DNA of 64,000 nucleotides from Camelus dromedarius. Taxonomy: Eukaryota. Where the stretch lies: contig NC_087436.1 of assembly GCF_036321535.1 (NCBI RefSeq), forward strand, positions 21,392,001 to 21,456,000, in the 5' to 3' direction. The notes below the pieces were generated by a model. The model saw only the letters and a list, made by a program, of their open reading frames with translations. It did no database searches and was not told the origin of the DNA. Positions 26,346-38,150 of this stretch are shown here, one piece after another (positions within the stretch are counted from its first letter, which is position 1; each line of letters opens with the position of its first letter). The translations under genes were made by a program, and so were the position numbers.

Positions 26346-28496
26346 AAATCAAAAATCTAGTTTTCAAACACTAGAAAAATGAGATAATGGGGACCATGAA
26401 GCTATCATCAGAAATGGAATGAGTATGGGAGCTACAGAAGGAAAACACATTTCTCTGGCTGTTGAGTTTTGTTCTGATGGTAATGACTCGAGAACTCAAG
26501 ACTGCATATTAGGAAAGGCTTTATCGGAGATCCTTATACAACACTGTCCCAGGAAAACCCCACTGCTTTGGAATTCTCCAGTTAGGCGCATTCTGGAGGT
26601 GGTGACATCGATTGATTTGAGAGAGGGAGCTTATAAAAATCATGTTTCAAAAATACACCTGCTGGAATCGTTATTAGCTTTAAGTGTTTTTCCAGGCTTA
26701 AAAGTTCACCTAGGCTTCTGAGACTGAAAATCTGACAGAAAATATCTATCAATGAGATAAAAGAAAGAATACATTTTATTTACAGTCTTCATTCTGAGTT
26801 TAATTCTCACCTGAAACAATTCGACAGTTTTTTTGGCCTCGTGTATATTTTTTTCCCATTTGGGGATATTCGGGTTTGCACTAACGTATTTAGCCATGCA
26901 GCATGATAGACTTTTGCTTAAAACTATCCCAAGATGACTTCTTAGAGCATAAGGAAGTTTCTGTAACACGTATTCTTCATCGACGAGCTTCATGCAAAGG
27001 TTTTTCTGCCGTCACACAGTTGCAGGTATGTTTGCTCAACCTGTAGTTTTAGGGTTTAACTAAGCCTTTTCGTTGTAATGTCTTTTCTAGAGGACTGATT
27101 ATTCATTATTATGGAGGGTTAATATAAGGGAAGGATGAGTCTAGTAGTGATCCTTCCTTAATTGCATTCTCCACCGTTAAATGGGGGAAAAGCACAAACA
27201 GAAACAAACCACCCATCAGGCTGAGGGCAGGGGAACACATTGAAAAGAGAAAGGCTATCAACGCATCGTCGGCCTTTTCCATATGCTACTAATGTATTTG
27301 AAAGTGTTCACAACCCTAAATCCAGTCTTTCTTACATTAGAGATTTTAGTTTCCCTTAAAGATAAATGAACATCCACCCCCACCCCGCTTCCCTCTCCAG
27401 CTCTTGCAGAAAGGCTTCCCGTGCTTTGGCTTGTTCTCAGTGTAGTTTGGTTCTCAGAGTGCTTTATCTTGACCCATACGGAGTAATGGAACCCAGTGAA
27501 GAAGTGACTGTAAACCCTTAATACACTTTCTCACCCCTTCTCTTCTCTCCTTGCACGGCTTCTGCCATGTTGCTTTTGGCAAAGTCCTGCGGTCCAGTTA
27601 GCGAAGGTAACTGGAGAGCAGGGGTGTGGATCTGGGGTTGGCCATGGGTCATCTTCCTAGGTGGCTTTTTGGAGCCTGAACTTCCACTGCACTTACAGGA
27701 GAAAAAAACCTCTAGGGATTGAAGAGAAAGAAAGATTAAAGGGTGTTTTCCTTACTTTACAGATCAAAATGGGAACCTGATATTTGAGATTGTTTTTCAG
27801 CACTCCCTAACCCAAGGGAAACATCTGAAGAGGGAGGGCAGGGTGTTTCTCCACTTAGAAGGCCGTAATAGTGTTCCCAGAGGCATTCCCTCCAGAGCAG
27901 AACTTTGCTCACAGCCTGGGTGGCCAGGGAAGCTTCCTCCTGGAGAGATGCGCTGAGGCAAGGGAGGGGCCCGAGCAGGAGGGCAGGTGAGCAGTCTGGG
28001 CTTACTCTTCCTTTCCCCTCCCCAGGGGCCTCAGCTGGGAGCTCAAGTTGGGAGGGCTGATGTAGTCAGGAGAGATGCAGTTCCTCCCTGCTCTTAAATT
28101 CTAGGAGAGGCTTATCACATGCTGATTCTGTTGCCTTGAATGCCCACTGCTTTCTCATCTGTTCAGAGAACTGCTGCTAAATTTTCAACCCTCCTGTGCA
28201 AAGCCTTCCCAGAGAGCATCCTCCCTTTGCTTTCCAGCTTTCATGCCCTCCCAGGGGATCAGGAACACACCCTGTTACTAAAGTATCATTCTTAAAAGCA
28301 GTCCACAGGCAAGCTGCTCACCAGGCTTTGTCTCTTTGGTGACCGAACAAATAGTCAATAGGGTCAGTCTAGTCCACTTGTCTTTCTGTGATGGTATCTA
28401 GAAGGATTCTTGAACTTGAGATCTTTAGGAAGACGATGACAACACAACTCTATGAAGAAAGGACAGAGTCCACATGATGAATGAAAACCATTTATA

Positions 28497-28590
28497 TTTT
28501 TTTAAATTTTATTTTTTATTGAAGTGTAGTTGATTTACATTGTTAGTTTCAGGTGTATAGCAAAGCAATTCAGTTATACATATACATACA

Positions 28591-28624
<34 letters not shown>

Positions 28625-28822
28625 CATACATATGTATTTTCAGATTCTTTTCCATTATAGCTTATTATGAGAAATTGAATATAGTTCCCTGTGCTACACA
28701 GTAGGTCCTTGATGTTTATTTTCTATATAGCAGTGTTAATCGTAAACTCCTAAGTTATCCCTCCCCCCACCCTTTCCCCTTTTGTAACCGTAGTTTGTTT
28801 TCTGTGACTGAGAGTCTGTTTC
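28497..28822 (-). mobile_element. Cetartiodactyl L1 3' end containing an expanded (TACA)n
   Basis: TTTATTGAAGTGTAGTTGATTTAC...ATAGTTCCCTGTGCTACACAGTAGGTCC. Confidence 0.85.
28577..28632. repeat. (TACA)n tetranucleotide microsatellite
   Basis: Read directly. Confidence 0.95.
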
Positions 28823-28999
28823 TGGAAGACCATTTACATTTGACCATAGACAATGTAAATCTCTGTGCTGGATTCTCTGTTGGGATAGAAGAAGCAGTCC
28901 ACCTCCCTCCCTCCTGTCCCCACGCCCCACACGGCTACAGGATCTGGAGGTCTGGAAGCTCCTTTTTTCCAAGCTGCTTTGTCATCAGTGTCTAGTTTA

Positions 29000-29370
29000 G
29001 GTTCCAGGAACGGGAGCCCTCCTTGAGACTGAGAACAGAGCAGAAGGATATGCTATCCTTGACTCAGCAGCTGTGGGCAAATGTGTAAGCTTCAGCAGAG
29101 CACAGACATGAGGCTTTGTCAGGAGTTTCTAAGTATTCTTTTGAAAATCACCCACTGTGGTGCTGCAGGAAGCTGTGATCATTGGCTCAGTTCTGTTCTG
29201 ATCCTTGAACTTCCTGATCTTCTGAGTTCTGTGAGGGGCTGCCCTGCCCTTCAGTCTCCTCCCACTTACAGTGGTTTTGTGTAAGGGCTCTGATTCCCTG
29301 TATTAAATCCCCTCCTGCTTGAAATACCTACAGTGGCTTCTGTTTCCTTGGCTAGACTCTGACTGATACA
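29000..29370 (+). mobile_element. ERVL-type LTR (LTR16-like), degraded
   Basis: Terminal ATTAAATCCCCTCCTGCTTGAAATACC...GGCTTCTGTTTCCTTG...CTGACTGATACA. Confidence 0.5.
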
Positions 29371-32300
29371 ATCTACATGATCAAGTAGAAAAGGTAACAA
29401 GGGTTAAAGGGTGGATCTTCAATAGGAGATTTTAGTTGCTACTCATCAAGGGTCAGATGATTAAAACAAGAATCATTTTTCCTCTCATGCCGTCCAAACA
29501 CTGCTCATCCTCTTTTGTGTTCCATTCCTGTTTTGTCTCATACCCGTACTGTGATTTGCTTTCCATAAAAGAGTTCTCACTCTCATATGAGACAATGGGC
29601 TGCACACAGTAGGTCCACAATATCTACTTGTTGAATTAAAAATAAAATGTACCTTACTTATGCCCTTCTTTTATATTCATTTTAGATACAGTATTTGGTA
29701 GCTGGATAGCAAATCAAGGAGGTTACTGTACTTCCAAAACATTTTGCAAAATGTTTAATGATGACATACACCAAGGAATAGCTCATCCCTCAGTGTGAAT
29801 GACTGTTGAATCACTGCCTAGTCATTCTTGCATATAATCACTTACTCAGTAAATATTTATTGATCACCTACTGTGTGTCAGGAATCATTATAAGTGAACG
29901 AAATCATTATAAGGAAACAAAACAAGCAGAAATCTCTGCTCTGTTCATCTCACTGCTTTGATTTGGTTTTGACACCCGAGACTGAATGCTGTTTCCTTTG
30001 TTCTTTTGTGTGAGCCTCACTATGACTAAGGCAGTTCTTCTCAGTGGGATGATAAGTGTCCTGATTGCAGATCCAAAGGGAAAACTGACATTCTCCTTAT
30101 TAGGAAGAAGCATCAAGTCCAAGGTGCTGAATGTGAACCTCATCTTCCTGGGATCCTTAATATAGGAGTGACACTCTGGCTTCCGTGCTAAACAATGTCA
30201 CGTGCAGACTTGGACACGCTTTCTTCCGCTTCATTAGTAACAGTGGAAGTTAGGCATGGTTTCTCCTCAGATCTTGGCACGTTGTTGTTCTACTGGGATT
30301 GATAAAATTTAGTAGCTCTCTCATTCAAGTCCCATCTTGCCAGTGGTTTATAATATTTCTCTTACTCTTTAGCTTTAGACATAAGATAGTCTGGAGAGGG
30401 TTTGTTGTCTAGATATTGTTTTGGGTGCATTTCCTTGAAGAAGTCCCTGTTATCTTTGCTCACATGCTCCCTTTGAGTGATTTCTGGGATGAGACTGACT
30501 CATTGCTTATGACTAAATTTGGTAGATTTCCTTTAAAGAGGATAATTCTATAGTTAATCCTAACACATTACAAATATTCTGAAATATTATATAATACACC
30601 TGTGGGTAAATGATGGAAATGGATTGACTTCATGTATATATTTTGTCCTTCTTAGTAAATTTAATACATGGGGAGGAGAATTCACCCAAAGATCATTGAG
30701 GGTAATTTTACTTCTGTTCATGAATAAAAGAGGCAGAACCCTTCACTACACTCCTGCTGGTCCCAAAGTGTAGCCAGAAGGAAACCAGGGACCATTAGTG
30801 GTTCTGGCTGATAAAGAGTCTCAGGCTACTGAGATACGGCTTTTAACTTTGTTGAAGCTTTACCTCCTCCTTACACAGAAAGGGTGATAATCTGACCAGG
30901 GCTGAGGAGGGCAGGGCTGGGAGTGGGTGTGGTCAGAAAAGTAACAGGGATCCAGGCAATAGCACTGCCTATTTCCAGCCTAAAAGGCGTTTGGGCAGCC
31001 GAGATTTGGCTCTATGCAAAAGAACCTGTGATGAAAGTCATAGCAGGGACCAACTGAACTCCCATTTTTAATACTTAGGCCAATCAGTACAGCATGGATT
31101 ACTGTTTTCAGAAGATGGAAAACCTGTGCTTCCAGATTCTTAGTCTCTATGTCCAAATATGAAGATAGAAAACAGCAAGTCTGGCCAAATGGACTTTACA
31201 GTGTGTATCCTGTTGGCTGCCTGCGTGCAGAAGCAGACTGAGTTGGACTGAAGATAGACAAAGCATTGTGAAGGGAACGGGCAGAGAAAATATGAGTAAG
31301 GTAGTGGGGAAGACTTTTAAATCAGTTACAAAAAAAAATACAAGGAAAAGAAATACTAGAGACCTACTTTAAATAGCACCTAGGAACTGTCCTAAATCAA
31401 CAACAACAAAAAAAAACTGGAATATTAAGAGCTAATTTTAGTATCTTTTCCACTCAAGCCTATGTAAAGTCTTCCCCCAAACCCCAAACAAACAAACCTC
31501 ATTGGACAGTACCCCAAGAGTAAAGTTAATTCTACTGTATGCCAAGTGAAAATAATAATAATTTTCTTTTGAAATCCAGGGGGAAAAGAAGTGTTCTAAG
31601 CCTGAGGCTCAGCTGGGGAGAAGCAGAAAGATGATGCTTAACGGTGGTTCTCTCCTTTGCAGTGTATTTCCACCTTAATCCACCCTTATAACATTCTGCG
31701 CGTCATTTATTTAAATAGAAGCAGGTATGGATATACACACAATATAGGAAGGCAAGCTCGGAGGTGTTCCAGCTTTGCAGACATGGTAGGTGAAATGGCC
31801 ATGGAGCGCCCTGGCCAGCGCGTTCCAGCTCTGTTGGCTAACCCAGGGGTGGCCCTGCAAAGTCATCCCAAGCAAATATTTTTTCAGTTAATGGGCATCA
31901 TTACTGAAATTTCACACAACACTTCAATCTTGCTCTGCAGCTCAGTTTCCTTCCACATCCAATATCCAACCTTTTAAAATACACATTTGCAGAGCGAAAT
32001 TGGCTTTTGAAAGTTTTTAGAAGTTCTACCAAATGGGTGGAAACAGGCTGTCAATTTCTTCTCTTTTCCATTTCTTTTTTTCCAGAGCCTTCTGTCCTAG
32101 TTTAGGGAATGTATGAGGTCAGGGAAGCTAGTGGGGTCTGGCAGCAGGAAGAGAGAAGTGGTTTCATAAATACTATCTGGAATATCTTTTCTTAGGATGA
32201 AATCTCAGCAGGGAGAAGCCACAACTCTTTGCCTACTGGTTGACATAGCTTTAATATCTTTATGAAACTATCTTCTTTATTTCTACCAGGATTATTTCTA

Positions 32301-32405
32301 CCAAGGAGATTATAGTTAAAACCATATATAATGAATGTGATAACAAGATTAGGAATTTAAGTTAAAAAGCCGTATATACAGGCAGAAAAAATATAATGCA
32401 CTATT

Positions 32406-32502
32406 GTGTATGTATGACTGAAACATTATACTGTGCACCAGAAATTGACACAACATTGTAAATTGACTATATTTCAATTAAAAAAATAAAAAGAGTAAAA
32501 AA
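32406..32502 (+). mobile_element. Short L1 3' terminus with TSD
   Basis: CCAGAAATTGACACAACATTGTAAATTGACTAT plus an A-tail. TSD AATGCACTATT at 32395-32405 and 32503-32513. Confidence 0.85.
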
Positions 32503-32891
32503 AATGCACTATTAATTTATATTCAGATCTTTATAATAACCAAAACAAAAGAAGAAATATAAGCATATATTTACTGAGGTCTTGCAATTTGCCCTGCTCT
32601 ATATTTGAACATAGAAAAGCACTCGTGAGGAGTCTGGCTCCAGGCCCAAATCCTATGTGTGACTTTTCAAGGCTGACCATGGGCAATTGCAAAGGTTTTA
32701 TTCGGAAGGCTCTTGGGGGAAAGCTGCCCTCCCCGCACTTGGTGGGCGGTCTGGAGGGAGTAACAGTCAGACTCACTTCCCCACAGGCCGGCCAGGCTAA
32801 CACATAACGACATTCCTTGTCCAAATGCCTCCATTTGGAGGCCTCCTTATCAAGAGGCCTTCCAGTCACTTATCTTCCCCCCACCACCCAC

Positions 32892-32986
32892 TTTTTTTTT
32901 TTTTTTAATGGAGGTACTAGGGATTGAACCCATTACCTCATACATGCTAAGCAGGTGCTCTACCCCTGAGCTGTACCCACGTCCCC
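32892..32986 (-). mobile_element. Camelid tRNA-derived SINE, short form
   Basis: Poly(T) followed by GGAGGTACTAGGGATTGAACCC...CATGCTAAGCAGGTGCTCTACCCCTGAGCTGTACCC. Confidence 0.85.
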
Positions 32987-33162
32987 TTCCCGAAGTCACT
33001 TTTCTGCGCTGACTCAGTGTTCAGTAGTTTTCTACTCTTTGCCGTCTCTCCACCCCCCAACCCAGGGCTCCTCTGGCAGTGAGGCAACCCCCAAGTCTCT
33101 GCTAATCCACCTGACCTTCCTCTGGAGCTGCTCTGGGAGAGAAAATGGAACACTGAGGGAGC

Positions 33163-33193
<31 letters not shown>

Positions 33194-34039
33194 AGTTTTG
33201 CCTTTTGATTGTACCATTGCAGTAAGTGAATAAAGGCTTAATGGTTCCTCTGAGTTTGACTTGTTGTCTTAATTGACCACCTGAACACCTGGCAGCTCAG
33301 CTTTCTCCAGTTCAGCTCTTGACCGTAATTAGATATCAAACTTGGGAACAGAGACCCAGTTTACGGTTCTTATTCAGGGCTGAATGGATATTCATCCAGA
33401 ACAATCAGGCATCTTCCCTGAATTCCAGAGTCCATCTGCCCCTTGAGAGGAATTGAAAAATTCATGGTTTCGTGGACAGGACACAGAATGAAGTGCCAGA
33501 AGTCTTGGGTTCCAAAATATACCTGGCTGTGTAATGTGGACATACAACATCATCCACATTTTCTGGGTTTCAGTTTTCTCAACTATGAAATGAGGAACTC
33601 TGGACAAGCAGGTAGTAAGGTGCCTTCACTCCATGGTTTTATGAAGCGAGTGCTCACCTGGGCCATCCCTTCTTCATTCCTTGATGTGGGTAAGAGTGTC
33701 TATCACTCACCTTTGCTAGGACGTGGGAGTGATAGAGGAAGCTGGGGCAAGAGCAGAGTCCTCAGTGCCTTCAGGAACAACCACCCCATTCTAGATCATC
33801 CAATTGGGACTTCTAGGCCTTAGACAAGAATTCATGTTTACTCTGAGAACAAAGAGTAATCTGCCCTGGGAATTTTATAATTTTATGCATATTTTTTAGA
33901 GCAGACAAGTCCATGGTTTAGTTTTAGATCGTCCTCAACTGTGTGTCTAGACACTGGGTAAATGATACTTTTGTCTCTTTGTGAGCATAGCAGAGTACTT
34001 ATTCTAGTATTTACTAAATAGATTTTGAACAAACATGGG

Positions 34040-34627
34040 TATTGCGGACTGAATTGTGTCCTTCCAAAATCCAATTGTTAGGGAGAAGTTACAGTGCAGT
34101 GGTAGAATGTATGCCTAGCATGCACAAGGTTCTGGGTTCAATCCCCAGTACCTCCATTAAAAATAAATAAATAAAAAACCAAATTACCTCCCCTCCAAAA
34201 ATTTTTTTTAAAAAAATAAATAAAATTTAAAAAGCCAAAAAACTCCCCTCAAACTCCAAAATTCATTTGTTGAAATCCTAACCCCCAATGTGATTGTATT
34301 TGGAAATAGGGTCTTTAAGGAGGTAATTAAGGTTAAATGAGGTCAGAAAGGGGGGACCCTAGTCCTGTAGGACTGGTGTCCTCACAAGAAGAGAAAGATC
34401 TCAATAATGATCTTTCTCTCTCCATCCATGCACAGAAGAAAGGCCATGTGAGGACACAGTGAGAAGGTGGCTGTCTACAAGCCAGGAAGTAGGATCTTAC
34501 CAGAAATCAACCCTGCTGACACCTTGATCTTGGATTTCCAACCTCCAGAACCATGAGAAAATGTGTGTATTGTTTAAGCCGCTCAGTCCATGGTGCTTGG
34601 TTATGGAAGCCCAAGCTGACCAGTACA
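34040..34627 (+). mobile_element. MLT1A-like MaLR solo LTR split by a SINE
   Basis: GGACTGAATTGTGTCC...TTGAAATCCTAACCCCCAATGTGATTGTATTTGGA...GGCCATGTGAGGACACAGTGAGAAGGTGGC...CCTCCAGAACCATGAGAAA. Confidence 0.85.
34081..34254 (+). mobile_element. Camelid tRNA-derived SINE, long form, nested in the MLT1A-like LTR
   Basis: CAGTGGTAGAATGTATGCCTAGCATGCACAAGGTTCTGGGTTCAATCCCCAGTACCTCC plus tail. TSD 34063-34079 / 34255-34271 (15/17 identical). Confidence 0.85.
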
Positions 34628-35306
34628 GTGAGGGAAAACATCTGTTTAAAACTGATTGTCTAAAAATGAAGCAAGGGAAAAATGTGGCATGATATTGAGC
34701 AATTGATGGAATGTGAGAAAAGAATATCTATTTGCCCTTGACACTGGAGAAGGTTCCTTCAAGCAGCACAGCTTATCGACATGGGATTATGTTTGAGTCT
34801 TTGTGAGTCCAATCTTACCATTTGTTCTGCTGAGAATACCATTTCCTTAATCATATTTTAAATATTCATAATTGTTTTTCAGTTTTTTATGATTCAACCT
34901 TTAGACAAAGTGTAGAACATTTAATTATAATAATTATATATACATGTATATACAAATTACATAAAGTAAAAATATAAACTTTAATAGTGTAAAAATGAAA
35001 GGTAGAGCTGATAAGCTGGAAGGTGGTGGAGGAGGAGAGTTGGAGCAAAGTGGAGGGAGCTCATTTCTCATTGTATAAATTACAAAATGGAGCAGTACTA
35101 GTAGTAGATGGATTAAGAAATAGAAGACACAGTTCCTTAAAGTTACAAAAATTACCAGTATTAGAGCTAAAATAATAAAGGTTAAAAAGTTCTTGGAGGA
35201 AAAGGAGCTAGTTATGAGCTAGATCCCTCATTATTTATGAAATAAGATCAAAAGCTACTTGAAAAAACAGACACATCAAGATATAGAAGTGTAGGTGTAT
35301 TGTTTT

Positions 35307-35785
35307 TATTTTTAATTTTTTTTATTGAGGTCTACTTGATTTACAATGTTGTGTTAGTTTCTGGTGTACAGCATAGTGATTCAGTTATACATATACATAT
35401 TATTTTTCATTATAGGTTATTACAAGATATTGGATATAATTCCATGTGCTATACAGTAAGACTTACTTATCTATATGTAGTAGTGTGTATCTGCAAATCC
35501 TGAACTCCTAATTTATCCCTCCCTCTACCTTCCCCTTTTGTAACCATGAGTTTGTTTTTTATGTCTGTGAGTCGAGTCTTCCTGTTTTATAAATAAGTTC
35601 ATCTGTATTTTTTTTTAGTTCCACAGATAAGTGGTATATACATACACAATGGACTACTACTCAGCCATAAAAAAGAATGAAATAATGCCATTTTCAGCAA
35701 CACGGATGGACCTTGAGATGATCATACTAAGTGAAGTAAGTCAGACAGAGAAAGACAAATATCATATGATATCACTTATCTGTGG
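35307..35785 (-). mobile_element. 5'-inverted (twin-primed) L1 insertion
   Basis: A minus-strand L1 3'UTR (35307-35633) joins directly to a plus-strand L1 ORF2-end segment (35631-35785). Flanking TSD GGT(G/A)TATTGTTTT. Confidence 0.85.
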
Positions 35786-37249
35786 TATATTGTTTTGAAC
35801 TAAAATCTCAGTCATAAGCAGGTGATATTGGAGTACCAGTCAATGGGGAATCTCTTTTCCATTCAGTTTCTGAACAAGTCAGGGAATGAGGTCAGGAGTA
35901 AGGCTGATGGGAGATGTCAAGTTACTTTATTAGTGGCAAAGGCTAACTTGGAGGACATGCCTTGTTCTGAGAGCCGAAAAGCTTGTTTAATGCACTCTGG
36001 GAAGAGGAACTTTTTCCAAGCAATTGTAAAAGTGCTGGACCAGGGCAGCCATTTGCACATTGTGGGAAGAGGCCACACCTAGCAAAGCAGCAGGGAACAC
36101 CTTCCCCCATGAAACTCCAGCCCCCAGCGGAGAGAAAGGAAAGAGTCAAGCCAGACAAACGCAGTTTATCTTTTTCAAATTTCCACTCAGATTAAGCCAT
36201 TCTATAAATGAATGGGGTGGAGAGAGGCCTGGATGGACACATGTGGAAGGAAACATCAGGAATAGGGAGATCCCCCCTTAACGGTTGCCTCTAGGGAGTT
36301 GAACCTGTACTGTGTGTAGGGTGGACTCGAGAAGAACGTTACTTTTCATTATAAGGGAAGAATAGCAATAGAAAGTGGGAGGTGAATGAGCATTGGTCTG
36401 TGCCTTGTCTTCACTTTGGTTTATTTTTAATCCTACTTTGCCCTTCCTCATCCCTCTGCAGATTTTGGTTGGGCCACCTGGGAAGAGGGGATGATGAAGA
36501 GATCAAAGGAGAAAAGAGTCAGTGCTGGCTTACTACTGTAAGTCAGTTCTCCTGAATGTTTATCTTCACCCTTCATCACCTCTGACGCAGAAGCCACACC
36601 TTAATCCATTTCCGTAGAGTTAACCTTTATTTAGCCCCCTCTCCTGTTTTGGGGTTGCACCATACCCTTGTTTTCTTTTGCTCTATATGAATACATTCTA
36701 ACAAAGTGAGACTTCAGGGAGGACCCTCAGGCCCTGTGATCAGACGGAGGTGGGCTAATCCCAACAGTCCTTGTGTGATCCTTACCCATCCCTTTTCATT
36801 CCGTTTACTCCTCCCACTCTGTTGCACTAAGGATGCATTTCTCTAACCCTCAAGACTAAACATCTCTTCTTCCTCCATTTGTCAGGTGATCAAGAACTTG
36901 GCATTCAGAGTGTCTTGATCTGGGTGGTAGTTATGCAGGAAATAAAGGTATGTGAGAATTTACTGAAGTGTATACTTAAGACTAGTTCACTTTATCCAGT
37001 CTACTGTATGTGTTATACTTCAATTAGAAAAAAAAACTAGCCTTCAGTTTCTTGACAGTTTCTATCCATGCCCAGAACTGTCACAAATACAGGCAAGGCC
37101 CTTCCCTTAGACATTTATTATGACCACACTTTGAAGGTGGGACTTTCTGAACTTTATATCCTTTCCCAGTGTTTCTCAGTCTTTTAAATATTTCTTTTCC
37201 TCAAGACTTACTGAACATTTTCAAGGCACAATTAATTTTCTTCTTTACT

Positions 37250-38150
37250 AGACCTTATTAACTGAGACATAAAATCTACAAGCCTTAAAAAAAATTGTTA
37301 CATTTGGCTGCATGAAAAAAAAAATCAACATCTGCATGATGAAAACACCATGAGTAACATAAAAATATGGATGAAAGATTAAAATGGGAAAAAAATAATC
37401 ACAACTCAAATCACAAAGGTCTATGTCCCTAATGTAGACTTCTGATTGGTTTATAAGGAACCCAATAAAAAGACAGGCAAAAGATGTGAACAAAACCTTC
37501 CATAATATATGAGACACTAAGCACATAACAGAAGCTTAACATCACTCACCATAAAAGAAATGAAAATGGAAACTACACCAAGACATCGTTTTCAAGTTAG
37601 AAGCGTCATCATACGGTAACTATTCTAAGTGCCTTTAAAACAGTAATTTGATTGTAGCCCTTAGAGGGATATTCTCAATGGGAAATTACAGAACAAGGAA
37701 GTTGGTTCATTCAACAATGACAACAGAATTTGCAAGGAAAATAAGGGAGAAATGAGAGGGAAACCCATAGATAAAAAAGCCTGAGAAAGCATATCTAAAT
37801 CAATTGCAATGTATGGACCATATTTGGATTCTGATTCAAACATAAACATTCTAACATAAAATGTTAGAAGTGATGTAAAAAAAAAAAACACGAAACATTC
37901 TAAGACAATTCGGGAAATCTGGATGCTGATTGGAAATTTCATGATGTTAAGAAATGATTGAAAGTTTTTTAGGTGTGAACATTTTGCTACGGTTAAGTTT
38001 TAAAAAAAGAATTCTTAGAATTTAGTGATATAAATGCAACTATTTAAAGATGAAATGATGCCTGAGATTCCTTCAAAATAATCCCAAGGGGCAGGGAAAT
38101 TGGCTGATAGGTATATGGAAGTTCGGTATAAATTTTTCAGTCTAAAAATA
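37250..38150 (+). mobile_element. Ancient L1M/L1ME fragments
   Basis: Degenerate ORF2 motifs (CCCAATAAAAAGACAGGCAAAAGATGTGAAC) and 3'UTR motifs (TGCAATGTATGGACC...TTGGATTCTGATTCAAAC). Confidence 0.55.
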
